Shown here piece after piece: positions 36,117 through 45,793 of a DNA stretch of 47,939 bases. The notes below the pieces were generated by a model. The model did no database searches, was not told the DNA's origin, and worked only from the letters and a program-made list of their open reading frames with translations. The DNA lies in IMG/VR virus record IMGVR_UViG_3300031953_000030, positions 1-47,939 of that record. One strand, 5' to 3'. Position numbers and translations under genes: made by a program. The stretch is from a virus (taxonomy: Duplodnaviria > Caudoviricetes). The stretch's first letter is position 1. Each line of letters opens with the position of its first letter.

Positions 36117-36244
36117 TTGACTCCAACCGTTACCTTGGCGAGGGTTGTGACCCTTGCAAGGAGGACAGTAGCGAGACTGTTCCGCACGACTACGAAGACC
36201 CTTATTGCATTTGGCACGATGAAGTGTACGGAGAGGATAACTAA
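36113..36244 (+). CDS. Small Cys/His-containing protein
   Basis: ATGA and TAATG coupling. Confidence 0.5.
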   Translation: MIDSNRYLGEGCDPCKEDSSETVPHDYEDPYCIWHDEVYGEDN

Positions 36245-36561
36245 TGATTCTGGTAAGACGTGAAGTTGAAGGCAAGACCTTCCTGCAAGACGTGGAGGGT
36301 GAGCGTTTACTTGTCACCCACGCACCTGTTATGGCGTGCGAGACATATTTTTGTGTCATCCATAATCCGTCCGACAATGTGATGTCTGATTTTCCCATGA
36401 ACTGGCGTGGAGATCGTGGCATCATGGAACGTATTTGTCCTCACGGTGTTGGGCACCCAGACATTGACTCCGCTGCACGCTTTGACCGTATGGGGATGAG
36501 TCAAGTGAATACTCACGGTTGCTGCATGGACGGTTGCTGTGCAGAAATAGAAGAGGACTGA
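36244..36561 (+). CDS. Hypothetical Cys/His-rich protein
   Basis: C...C.IHNPS..MERICPHGVGHPD..HGC.DGCC phage motif. Confidence 0.75.
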   Translation: MILVRREVEGKTFLQDVEGERLLVTHAPVMACETYFCVIHNPSDNVMSDFPMNWRGDRGIMERICPHGVGHPDIDSAARFDRMGMSQVNTHGCCMDGCCAEIEED

Positions 36562-37827
36562 ATGAGTTTGCTGGAAAATAGTGACTATATTGCCGACCTT
36601 GAATCGGGGAAGTACAACACCGAGATTGCAAAGTTCTGGGAAATCGGTGAAGCATCTGTACGTAGGCACCGAGACAAACTGAGCATCCCACGCCAAGAAG
36701 AAGAGAAAGAGGCTGGCGCTGAGGAGTCTGACGACAAAAAGGGTGGTGAGTCTTTCTGGCGCAACCCGGATGGAACTCTTGACTACCGAATGTTCTCAGA
36801 ACGTGTCTGGACGCGTCAAGACCACGAGAACTTCATGCGCGAGTCGGGTACTGACCCGGATACGATGACGTTCTCTGTTGGTTGGACTTCGCGGCCGGGT
36901 GGCGGCGTGTGGAATAAGATCAACAACGTCAAGCTAAAGGATTCGCCTGAGGCGGCAGCAATCTCGGAGATTGATTGGGCCGAGAAGTCTAAGTTCATTG
37001 AGGGTTTCACTTACATTCCAGCGAAGCGTGAGTTCCTTGTTGACTCGGCCATGCTGCAACCCACTGATGAGCAGTGGGGCAAGACTGACTATGCTGGTGG
37101 CACGCCGGAGACTGAGGAGCGTGTTCTTCAGTCGTATTCGTCCTTTGTGGACTACATTAAGGAGTACCGGCCTCGGCAGGTGTTGTTGGCTCGCACGGGT
37201 GACGGTATTGAGAATACGTGTTCTACCGGATCACAGCGGGACACAAACGATTTGGATGTTCCGCACCAGTTGGTGCAGTCATTCAAGATGGACTTGCAGG
37301 GTGTCTCCATGATTGCCCCGCACGTTCAGGAAGTGTTTGATGCACGGGTTACATCGAATCACGGTCGCTGGCGTACGGGGATGAAGGCTGATGCTGGTAA
37401 TCCTCACGCTGACTTTGGTATTGGTGTCGGTCGCCAACTTGAGTTGACGCAGAAGACGTTGGACGTGTTGCCGAACGTGAAGTTCTTGTTCCCTGAGGCT
37501 CTTATGGAGTCGATGACGGTGAAGTTGGATACCGTGTCGTTTGGTATGGTGCATGGGCATCAGGCTGGTGGGCCGGATAAGATGGGTGACTGGTGGGGCA
37601 AGCAAGACCATGGCCGTATGCCCACGTGGGAGTCTGACTACTTGTTGGTGGGTCATTGGCATTCGTACCGGAAGTACCAGTCTGGTGATGGTCGTTGGGT
37701 TATTATTGGGCCTGCGTCTGATCCGGGTTCGTCGTGGTTTTCCAACTTGAAGGGTGAGCGTGCTACGTCGGGCATGTTAGCTATGTGCTTTGAGGGTAAG
37801 AAGCACCGATTTGAGGAAATACTCTAA
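36562..37827 (+). CDS. Calcineurin-like metallophosphoesterase (Mre11-like) with N-terminal HTH
   Basis: TDEQWGK, GDGIEN, SNHG, HGH and GHWH motifs. Confidence 0.85.
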   Translation: MSLLENSDYIADLESGKYNTEIAKFWEIGEASVRRHRDKLSIPRQEEEKEAGAEESDDKKGGESFWRNPDGTLDYRMFSERVWTRQDHENFMRESGTDPDTMTFSVGWTSRPGGGVWNKINNVKLKDSPEAAAISEIDWAEKSKFIEGFTYIPAKREFLVDSAMLQPTDEQWGKTDYAGGTPETEERVLQSYSSFVDYIKEYRPRQVLLARTGDGIENTCSTGSQRDTNDLDVPHQLVQSFKMDLQGVSMIAPHVQEVFDARVTSNHGRWRTGMKADAGNPHADFGIGVGRQLELTQKTLDVLPNVKFLFPEALMESMTVKLDTVSFGMVHGHQAGGPDKMGDWWGKQDHGRMPTWESDYLLVGHWHSYRKYQSGDGRWVIIGPASDPGSSWFSNLKGERATSGMLAMCFEGKKHRFEEIL

Positions 37828-37844
37828 CCTGCTATACTGAGAAC

Positions 37845-37914
37845 ATCAACACCGGCCCCCTCTGCTTGCGACAGACTTCATGTCAATGGCAAGTCAAGGG
37901 GCCGGTTTTCTTTT
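37845..37914 (+). ncRNA. Candidate ~70-nt structured RNA / branched terminator
   Basis: TGC-TATACT 37833-37838; closing stem ACCGGCCCC/GGGGCCGGT enclosing two small hairpins; T-tract. Confidence 0.4.
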
Positions 37915-38004
37915 GTCTACAGGTAACTTTACCTGACTGCGTTTCTAGGTAATTTGTGTACACAGTCCCCATTGTGTACACAATTGTTCACCGTACAGCG
38001 AACA

Positions 38005-38315
38005 ACAGTATCTTGCTTTGTATCGCTATAGGGATACTTTTCAAGTAATGTCATAATTGGTCCGATTGCGGACTCATTATGCTATGTTGCCAAAACCATA
38101 CCGTTAGTGGTATTGTTTTGGCATGCCCAGTCGTTACGACTTCTGGGAGAGAACAGATCATGGCTACGTGTACATGGTTAGGACGTGAGGTTGGCGTGGG
38201 CATCAACGTAAGAACGAAAGCAAACGCGCTGGATGGTTGGGCGCGGAACTCTTCGAATTTGCTTTCGTCGCCAACCATTACGGAATCCGTAACTATCAAC
38301 TCTGAGTTGGTAGTT
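38005..38315 (+). ncRNA. Candidate ~300-nt structured ncRNA
   Basis: Dense run of nested stems with G-U pairs favouring the + strand. Confidence 0.5.
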
Positions 38316-38337
38316 GCCCTACCTGTATACTTGAGCA

Positions 38338-38841
38338 ATGCACCTTTCAAAACTTGACCAACAACTGCTGAAGTCGGCAGTATCAGAGAAACGGTCAGCC
38401 GTAGAACTGTCACGAGCGGTAAAAGGTGTCATCACCCCAGAGCAAGCCCTACTCCGCCTGAAAGAACTACTAGACGCATCCAACCCACTCTCCGAAGCGG
38501 AAGAGCGTCGCCTTCTCATCCTTGACGCACGCCGTGTCATGGGCATCCTGAACGAGTTTGTTGAAGCCGGGGACATGCAAGCCATCGGAGAATACCGACG
38601 CTTCCTGAAGGACGTGGGGGAGCGTTTGGATAAGGCACAAGTCAACGTGGATGCAATCTCCACCAAACTTACGAACGCTTACGCACAGATCATGTCCTCT
38701 GCTATCAGCGCGGCCTTTGAAAGAATGCCAGAAGCGTTGTTGCAGCGCGGTGTTAGCGTTGACATGATCGAGATTGAGGGAGTGTTCCAAGAGGTACTAC
38801 CCGCCGTCGTGAGTCGCCTTGAGGGGCACACTGAAGAATGA
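38338..38841 (+). CDS. Terminase small subunit (putative)
   Basis: Helical protein overlapping terL (ATGA); TATACT 6 nt upstream. Confidence 0.65.
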   Translation: MHLSKLDQQLLKSAVSEKRSAVELSRAVKGVITPEQALLRLKELLDASNPLSEAEERRLLILDARRVMGILNEFVEAGDMQAIGEYRRFLKDVGERLDKAQVNVDAISTKLTNAYAQIMSSAISAAFERMPEALLQRGVSVDMIEIEGVFQEVLPAVVSRLEGHTEE

Positions 38842-40475
38842 TTGACAAGGTAAGTCAAATCCTGCCCGGAGTCCTTGGGCAACTGCAACAACAGACTAAG
38901 CGGAAACGTTACCGCGAAGACCCAGTGCTGTGGGTTGGCGAGTATTTGGGTATGCAACTCTGGTCTAAGCAGAAGGAGATCCTGTACTCGATTCGCGACA
39001 ATCGGAACACTGCCGTTGCTGCCGGTCATTCTGTGGGGAAATCTCATGTTGCGTCTATCGCTATGGCGTGGTGGGTTGATGTTCACCCGTGGAATGCGCA
39101 AGATACCTTCATTGCGTCCACCGCACCCTTCCAAGATCAGATCACCACGATTCTGTGGGATAACCTACGCTCCATCCATGCACTCTCTCGCCAACGCTTC
39201 AGGGACGGCATAGTAGACCACGAACTACCCGGTTATATTACTTCCACAAACTTGTGGAAACTGGACTCTGGTGAAACTATTGGGCAGGGACGTAAACCAC
39301 CAGACGGACGCGAAGATGCTGGTTATCAGGGCAAGCACGCAACGTACCTGTTTGCTGTCGGTGATGAGGCTGCTGGACTGTCCAGTGGCATGATTGACGC
39401 GCTCGGCAACATCTCCACTGGTGAGTTCAACCGTCGTCTGCTAATCGCTAACCCTACTGACCCGAACTGTGCAATGGCGAAGTTGTGGGATAAGCCTGAT
39501 GGTGAATCAACGTGGAACCTGATGCACATTAGTGTGTTGGATTCCCCAATGATCACCAAAGAGGAAGGCTTTGACCTTGACAAGGCTGGTGGCATGTCCG
39601 GTATGGACTATGTTGATCAGGCACGTCAGGATTGGGGTGAGGATGACCCGCGTTACATTGCTCGCGTTCTCGGCCAGTGGTCGTTTGAGTCTGGTAACAC
39701 TATCTACATGGAGACTGAGCTTGCCAAAGCCGTAAACACGGTTGTTCTTCCCGACCCTGATGGTATTCCTGAGTTAGGTGTTGACATTGCTCGCATGGGT
39801 AGTGACAAGTCGTTTGTGTACAAGATTGAGCATGGTCAGGTTTGGGAAACTGACCCTGAGACGAACACGCCCACTGTGCCTACAGAGAAGATGGGTGTGC
39901 GTGCGCGTTTGGTTGACTCGTGGAGCAAGGCACCGCTGACTGGTGACGACCCGAAGAACCTTGGCTCTGCTGAGCGCATTCACGGGTTGGCGCTGGAAAT
40001 GGGTGTCAAGATTGTCAAGATTGACGCATCTGGTATTGGTGGCGGTGTCATTGACGGCCTTGCCACGCTCAATAAGGACAACCGTTACATCGTTGTGGAA
40101 ATCTTTGGTGGCGCAGCGCCATCGGATAAGCGTGAATATCTAAATGCTCGCGCTGAAGGTTTCTTTGACCTGAAGACTCGTTTCCGTGGTGGCCTTATTG
40201 ACCTTGATTCTCAAGATGATAAGTTGCTTGACGAAATGCGCGGAATGCTGTATGAGCATACCGATAAGGGGCAGATTAAGGTTGAGGCTAAGGATTCGAT
40301 GAAGCGCCGTGGCAAGGCGTCACCTGACCGTGCCGACGCGCTCTGGTATGCGTGCTTTGATGCTCGTGAACTCATAAACCCTACTTCTGAGTCTTTGCAG
40401 ACTGGTGATCGTGTCATGTATGATCCTTACGACTACACTGGAATGAGTTTTGAAGGCGCTGGCCTCCCGGTCTGA
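38838..40475 (+). CDS. terL: Terminase large subunit
   Basis: LWSKQ Q-motif, AGHSVGKS Walker A, VGDEA Walker B, ANP, GVDIARMGSD, SPDRADA. Confidence 0.96.
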   Translation: MIDKVSQILPGVLGQLQQQTKRKRYREDPVLWVGEYLGMQLWSKQKEILYSIRDNRNTAVAAGHSVGKSHVASIAMAWWVDVHPWNAQDTFIASTAPFQDQITTILWDNLRSIHALSRQRFRDGIVDHELPGYITSTNLWKLDSGETIGQGRKPPDGREDAGYQGKHATYLFAVGDEAAGLSSGMIDALGNISTGEFNRRLLIANPTDPNCAMAKLWDKPDGESTWNLMHISVLDSPMITKEEGFDLDKAGGMSGMDYVDQARQDWGEDDPRYIARVLGQWSFESGNTIYMETELAKAVNTVVLPDPDGIPELGVDIARMGSDKSFVYKIEHGQVWETDPETNTPTVPTEKMGVRARLVDSWSKAPLTGDDPKNLGSAERIHGLALEMGVKIVKIDASGIGGGVIDGLATLNKDNRYIVVEIFGGAAPSDKREYLNARAEGFFDLKTRFRGGLIDLDSQDDKLLDEMRGMLYEHTDKGQIKVEAKDSMKRRGKASPDRADALWYACFDARELINPTSESLQTGDRVMYDPYDYTGMSFEGAGLPV

Positions 40476-40491
40476 TAAACTAGGGCACACA

Positions 40492-42057
40492 ATGGCAAAT
40501 AAAGCGATCAGTTTAGTCGAAACTCAGGCAGAAGTAGACCGGAAGATGCTTGAGGAAACCCTCAAGTCTGTTCATTCCGAGTTGCAGAACCGTGGATTCG
40601 AGAACGAACTCCTACAAGAGAAGCTGTCAAACCTTGACCTGATGATGGACAATCAGGGCTGGTCGTCTGTCTCCGAGTACAAAGAGGATGGGCCAGACTT
40701 GGCTCAGGTGAAAAAGTCTTCTGGACAGATTCGCAACCTCATGGCGTTGAACCCGTGGATCAAACGCGGCTTCCGCCTCCGATTCAACTACATCATGGAA
40801 GATGGTGTACACCGCGACAACCTACCAACCGCGCCCAAGACTCGTACTGGTGGGCGCGACCTCCGCAGCACGCAGCCCGACGTGCAGGAACGCCTAGAAA
40901 ACCCCATAAACCAACGCAACTTCTTCGGGCCAGAAGCTTTGGATCAGCGCGAGGGCGCTTTCTATTCCGACTCGCAAGCTCTTTACATCGGTGATGATGG
41001 CGACTACACTTTGCGTGCACTGCCTTTATCTCAGATTACTGCCGACTACCGCAACCCGGATGACGGTTCAGAGATTTGGGCGTACCGTCGCACTTGGCAA
41101 CATTACCCACAGGGCACGACCAGCCCGACAGATAAGCACGAGTGGATTTTCTGCAACATCTTCTTTGATAAGAAGACTGACAGCATTAGCCTGAACGGTA
41201 AGTCTGAGACTGTTGCCGCCAACAAGCGCGTCTTTGGCCGTACCGTAAACGCACAGACAGGTTGGGCCTACGGAATCCCTGACGCCCTCCCCGCCATCGC
41301 GTGGGTGAAACTGTACCGCGACTTCCTTGTTAACGGTTACACTGTTACAGCTTCGATGGCACAGATTTGGGCACAAGCCAAGAATCAGTCGAAGGCTGGC
41401 GCAGACTTGGGAGTTGCCGCACTGAACAAGGGTGGTGCTGGCAAGGTTGCCGTCACAGGTGACGGAAACACACTCACCCCGCTATCCACTGCTGGTCACG
41501 CCTACGACTTCGAGAAAGGCAACCCGCTCATTGCGGCTGCCGCTACCGCCGTCGAGGTTTCCGCCATTGCGATCACCGCAGACACATCGGCTGCTGGTTC
41601 CTCATACGGTTCCGCACAAACACTCGACCCGCCCACGCGCCTTGCAATGGAGTCGCGCCGTGACATCCACGTGAGCCTTGAGGTTGAGGTTCTGAGGTGG
41701 ATGGGTGCAGACGCACCAAAGGTTTGGTTTACTCCGTACACTGACTCCACCGAGATTTACCGAGAGATTCAGGCAATTGTCCTCAAGTGGACTACTGGAC
41801 TGTACACTGCTGAAGAGGCTAAGAAGGAATTTGAGGCTCTTGCTGGTCGTTACGGTGAGGTTACAATTCCTGACGGAATCCTCCTGCCCAACAACGAGAA
41901 GTCTTTGGCTCGCAAGGACATTGATACTGACGGTGCTGGAACTAGTGCCGTTGACCAGAGTGGAGACTTGGGCACCGGCGCACCGGGTCAGGGCAAGAAC
42001 AGTCCTGCCGGTGCTGGTACTGGGTCGAACGACACGAGGACTGATACACTCACCTAG
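40492..42057 (+). CDS. Portal protein
   Basis: Follows terL; NPWIKRG and YGIPD motifs; about 520 aa. Confidence 0.88.
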   Translation: MANKAISLVETQAEVDRKMLEETLKSVHSELQNRGFENELLQEKLSNLDLMMDNQGWSSVSEYKEDGPDLAQVKKSSGQIRNLMALNPWIKRGFRLRFNYIMEDGVHRDNLPTAPKTRTGGRDLRSTQPDVQERLENPINQRNFFGPEALDQREGAFYSDSQALYIGDDGDYTLRALPLSQITADYRNPDDGSEIWAYRRTWQHYPQGTTSPTDKHEWIFCNIFFDKKTDSISLNGKSETVAANKRVFGRTVNAQTGWAYGIPDALPAIAWVKLYRDFLVNGYTVTASMAQIWAQAKNQSKAGADLGVAALNKGGAGKVAVTGDGNTLTPLSTAGHAYDFEKGNPLIAAAATAVEVSAIAITADTSAAGSSYGSAQTLDPPTRLAMESRRDIHVSLEVEVLRWMGADAPKVWFTPYTDSTEIYREIQAIVLKWTTGLYTAEEAKKEFEALAGRYGEVTIPDGILLPNNEKSLARKDIDTDGAGTSAVDQSGDLGTGAPGQGKNSPAGAGTGSNDTRTDTLT

Positions 42058-42126
42058 AGTAGTATGGGTAAAGCCCCGCGCAGTAGAAGCTGCCGGGGCC
42101 GTGAACGACCGAAAGGAGTCGATAGA

Positions 42127-42732
42127 ATGAGTGTACCAGAAAAGCAGTGTTCGGTGAATGGCTGCGATAAGGCAGTCAGACTGGCTGGCATGTGTGGAGC
42201 GCACCACCAGCGCAAGACGCGTGGAACTGACATGAACGCCCCCATGCGGGTGTGGCTGGATACGCCACCGGGAGAGTGCTCAGTTGATAATTGTAAGAAT
42301 ATTTCGGACGCTAAAGGAACCAAGGCGGTGTGTGCAATGCACAGGGGGCGCATGAGCCGGAACGGTGGATATACTATAACGAGAATGCAGCAGGGCGCGA
42401 GGCTTACTTGTACCATTCCGGGCTGCGTTAGGGCGTATAGGTCATCTGGTATGTGTAATTCGCATAACGTGAAGTCTAAGACATACAGTATCTCTTGCAT
42501 GCAGATGGCGATGCTCTACGGAGACGGAAGCTGCGACTCCTGTGGAGGGGTGCCCGAGAAGGACTTGCATATAGACCACGATCATAACTGTTGCGCTGGG
42601 GCCAAGTCTTGTGGGGCTTGTGTTCGCGGGGTGCTTTGCAGTAGGTGCAATATTGGGCTAGGGTGCTTCTCGGACTCTCCTGATAAACTTAGCGCCGCAA
42701 TGCGATACTTAGAACGCAATCTGATACCCTAG
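42127..42732 (+). CDS. Endonuclease VII-family homing endonuclease
   Basis: AAAGGAG RBS; three Cys/His repeats; HIDHDH..VRGVLCSRCNIGLG..AMRYL. Confidence 0.88.
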   Translation: MSVPEKQCSVNGCDKAVRLAGMCGAHHQRKTRGTDMNAPMRVWLDTPPGECSVDNCKNISDAKGTKAVCAMHRGRMSRNGGYTITRMQQGARLTCTIPGCVRAYRSSGMCNSHNVKSKTYSISCMQMAMLYGDGSCDSCGGVPEKDLHIDHDHNCCAGAKSCGACVRGVLCSRCNIGLGCFSDSPDKLSAAMRYLERNLIP

Positions 42733-42782
42733 TTGCATGGTGTTGTCAATACCTGAATACTTTTAGTGTAGAATCGTTACCA

Positions 42783-43661
42783 ATGGCTAAGTTACTTGTT
42801 GAGTCAACCTCCGTACCCACTGCGACCAAGGAGGGTCGCTGGCGTGCAACCCTGTTGACTCCCGGCGTAGGCACCTCGGGAACCTACAGCGAAGCACTCC
42901 TCAAAGAGTTCGGCCCGTCCGCACTCCGCAAGGGCGCAAAGTCGTTCGTCACCCACAACCGTCTTGAGAACGGTGAACCCGACCCGTTCCAGATGTGGGG
43001 CTTCCTCGCAGAGGACGCATACTACGAAGAAGGCGTTGGCCTTGTTGGTGAGATTGAAGTTCTCCCATCATGGCGCGACCGCGTATCCGAGGTTGCCCCG
43101 CACACAGCGCTGAGCATTTACGTCATGGGTGAAGCCGACAAGGACGGTAACGTCACTAGTTTTGATGAGGACGCGCAGAATGGCGTAGACCTTGTTTCTT
43201 ATCCGGGGCGACCCGGTAGCGGACTCGTGGAGAAACTTTACGAGAGCGCAAAAAAGGATTCCGTCGAACCCTCGGTGGAAGTTATGAAGGAGAATGAAGT
43301 GGAACTGAAGGAAATGAAGGAGGCACTTGCAGAGGCTAACACCGCTCTTGTAACTGCTCTCGTTGAAGCCCTGAAGCCCTCCGCACCCGCCGAGGGTGAG
43401 GTTGACTTCGCTGCTGTCGCTGAGACTGTAGTGAAAGAATCAAGCCTCACTGCCAGTGCGCGCGCTCGTATTTTCGAGTCGGTAAAGAGTGGCCTGAAGG
43501 TCGAAGATGCAATCGCATCGGAAAAGAAGATCGCTGACGAGTATGAAGCCAAGTTCAAAGAGAACAAGGCTGAAGAGGCTCACGGTCGCATTGTTCAGGA
43601 GAACGCCGACAAGGATTATTCCATGTCAGCTTCGCTCGGATTCGCTAAGGCAGGAGCATAA
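42783..43661 (+). CDS. Capsid maturation protease / scaffold
   Basis: TPG.G.SG.YS and VDLVSYPGRPG, helical acidic C-terminus; position before the capsid gene. Confidence 0.8.
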   Translation: MAKLLVESTSVPTATKEGRWRATLLTPGVGTSGTYSEALLKEFGPSALRKGAKSFVTHNRLENGEPDPFQMWGFLAEDAYYEEGVGLVGEIEVLPSWRDRVSEVAPHTALSIYVMGEADKDGNVTSFDEDAQNGVDLVSYPGRPGSGLVEKLYESAKKDSVEPSVEVMKENEVELKEMKEALAEANTALVTALVEALKPSAPAEGEVDFAAVAETVVKESSLTASARARIFESVKSGLKVEDAIASEKKIADEYEAKFKENKAEEAHGRIVQENADKDYSMSASLGFAKAGA

Positions 43662-44029
43662 TGGCTACGAACGAGATTTACCGGGATGCAGATAGCCTCT
43701 CGTATGTTGTTGAATCGACTATTGTGTCGGGCGACCTTGTCCTTTTCGCTTCGGGACTAGTTGGTATTGCTGAAACTGACGCTACACTGCGTGAAGATGG
43801 AACGTACCAAGCAACGGTTCGCACCGAAAAGGGTGTTTGGGCAATTCCTTACGGTGCCGCTCTCGCGACCCCGTATGTTACAATCTATGCCGCCTCAACC
43901 CCGGTCGCCGGGAAAGGCGTAAAGGGAACACTGAGTGTCCTCCCAACCGGCAACACACCCATTGGAACCGTGTACCTCCCCAAGTCCACCACTACTGGCG
44001 GCGTAGCATATGTAAAGGTTGGTATCTAA
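43661..44029 (+). CDS. Head decoration / cement protein (DUF2190-like)
   Basis: SGDLV..GLVGIAETD..G.W motif; between scaffold and capsid genes. Confidence 0.7.
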   Translation: MATNEIYRDADSLSYVVESTIVSGDLVLFASGLVGIAETDATLREDGTYQATVRTEKGVWAIPYGAALATPYVTIYAASTPVAGKGVKGTLSVLPTGNTPIGTVYLPKSTTTGGVAYVKVGI

Positions 44030-45156
44030 TGTCTACCCGTAAGCAAATCATCGAGAACGCCGTAGCGCGTATCGAAGAAACCGCCAACAAGCGACAGATT
44101 GAAGCATCCAAGCTTTATGTTGGTGCCAAGCAGGGCGACATGTCCGCGCAGACCAAGCTTCGTGAAGGAATCTCCACCTCGGACATTCCTGCACTGCTTA
44201 CTCCTGCCGTCAACATCGAGTTCCTTGCTAAGTATGCTGAGCAGGTAACTGTTTGGGATCAGATCGCTGAGCAGTATAATGCACGCACCATGGGCGACAT
44301 CAACTACGGTGACTTCGACTTCGACACGTCAGAGCTTCCTCCGACGAACGATGGCGACGCTTATGTTGGCGCTGGACTCCCCGGTGTAGCCGAGTACGCT
44401 GAGTACCCCGCAGTGAAGTTCACTACGGAACAGCTCACTGCTGAACTCCGCAAGAGTGGTGTTCGTCTTCGCGTATCGTGGGAAACCATGGTCAAGACTG
44501 GCGACTTCGACATGATCAGCCGTTCAACGAGTGCTTTTGCTCGTTACGCTGCTGAGCAGGAAGATGTCACGCTTGCTAAGCAGTTCGTTGGAACTACCGC
44601 TGCGATCAACGGTGCCTTCACGAACCTTGCTGGCAACACTGCGTTGACTCTTGAGTCGCTTGCTGCTGCTAAGACGCTTTCGCGTGCCGCTACCGTTGGT
44701 GGCCGTCGCGTGAACGCTCGCTCGTTCGCACTGGTAACTGGTGGCGCACTTTCCGATCAGGCTGCACAGCTTCTTGGTATCAAGAATGTTCAGCGCACTG
44801 CTGGTGGCGATGTTTATGACATCAGCCCCGCCAATGGTGACGTTTCGCCGGTCAACTTCTGGGCCTTGGATCAGGTTGGTGGATACACCACACCGGGCGC
44901 TACAGACGGTTACTGGTTCCTCGTCCCGCAGGGCACCGCTCGCCCCGCATTCCTTGAAGTATTCCTTGAGGGCCACCGCGCTCCTGAGGTTACCATCAAG
45001 GACAGCGGCCACTTCTACTTCAACGGTGGCGAAGTTCCTGCACGTCAGGGTTCGTTCCGTGAAGATGATGTTGAGACTCGTGCTCGTCACGTAGTTCAGG
45101 CAACCTTGTTTGAGGCTGCTGGAATCATCGAATCTGATGGTAGTGGTATTGCGTAA
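44029..45156 (+). CDS. Major capsid protein
   Basis: ISTSDIP, PGVAEYAEYP, K.G.R...SWE and DDVETRARH; followed by a terminator. Confidence 0.9.
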   Translation: MSTRKQIIENAVARIEETANKRQIEASKLYVGAKQGDMSAQTKLREGISTSDIPALLTPAVNIEFLAKYAEQVTVWDQIAEQYNARTMGDINYGDFDFDTSELPPTNDGDAYVGAGLPGVAEYAEYPAVKFTTEQLTAELRKSGVRLRVSWETMVKTGDFDMISRSTSAFARYAAEQEDVTLAKQFVGTTAAINGAFTNLAGNTALTLESLAAAKTLSRAATVGGRRVNARSFALVTGGALSDQAAQLLGIKNVQRTAGGDVYDISPANGDVSPVNFWALDQVGGYTTPGATDGYWFLVPQGTARPAFLEVFLEGHRAPEVTIKDSGHFYFNGGEVPARQGSFREDDVETRARHVVQATLFEAAGIIESDGSGIA

Positions 45157-45170
45157 CTAGCACCTAGCAA

Positions 45171-45209
45171 ACACAAAGCCCCTCCGGTTATCCGGTGGGG
45201 CTTTTGTGT
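45171..45209. terminator. Bidirectional terminator
   Basis: ACACAAAGCCCC..GGGGCTTTTGTGT between convergent genes. Confidence 0.85.
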
Positions 45210-45227
45210 TGTAGAATGGTGGTGCGA

Positions 45228-45548
45228 CTAACCTCCGGTCGCACCCATAGCGCGGAGGGGTGTTGAGTCTTTAGATTCCACCCCTTCTCGCTCCTTCTCT
45301 CGTCTGATTCGTGAGCGTTCTTTTGCGCTGAGTCCGCCGAAGATCCCGTGGCTTACTGAGAGTACATCACTACTTGCTTCGTCTTCCATTGCTTTGTTGA
45401 GGCATATTTTCTTGACTGGACATGTTGCGCATATTCTTATGGCGTGCTTGTTTATTTCAGTCCAGCCGCCGTTCTCTGAGAACCACATATCTGGGTCGTA
45501 TTCAGCGCATGCCGCGTCTAAGCGCCAATCGTTTGGTGCGTCTGTCAT
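45228..45548 (-). CDS. whiB: WhiB-family transcription factor
   Basis: WRLDAAC..DPDMWF..ICATCPVKKICL..GIFGGLSAKER. Confidence 0.93.
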   Translation of the reverse strand: MTDAPNDWRLDAACAEYDPDMWFSENGGWTEINKHAIRICATCPVKKICLNKAMEDEASSDVLSVSHGIFGGLSAKERSRIRREKEREGVESKDSTPLRAMGATGG

Positions 45549-45793
45549 TTGTTAACCCCTCGCTCCACTTGCAGCCTGTAATCCAGTGGCAGGTCCTTTA
45601 CTTCGAGTACGCTTCCTTCGGTCTTTACCGTGATGCGCGTGGATATCTTGTTCTCTCCCTTGATTGCAAAATCTGAGCGGTTCACCCAGATTGCAGACAA
45701 TAAGCCCTCAAGCGCGTTGCCGTCCCGAACAACAATTACCCGGCACCCCACGTCTGAAACATTAAGTTCTGAAACCTCTATCTCTATCATCAT
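45545..45793 (-). CDS. Small hypothetical protein
   Basis: AAGGAG RBS; ATGA overlaps. Confidence 0.65.
   Translation of the reverse strand: MMIEIEVSELNVSDVGCRVIVVRDGNALEGLLSAIWVNRSDFAIKGENKISTRITVKTEGSVLEVKDLPLDYRLQVERGVNK

Noticed and set aside
37845-37914. tRNA gene
   Set aside because: No GTTC T-loop, D-loop or four-arm cloverleaf
38051-38413. ORFs 38079-38357 (+) and 38051-38413 (-)
   Set aside because: No RBS or protein-like features; the region is better explained by RNA or DNA structure
43837-44028. Upstream extension of the capsid ORF as a decoration-capsid fusion
   Set aside because: No slippery site or RBS is evident; TAATG coupling at 44029 explains the start
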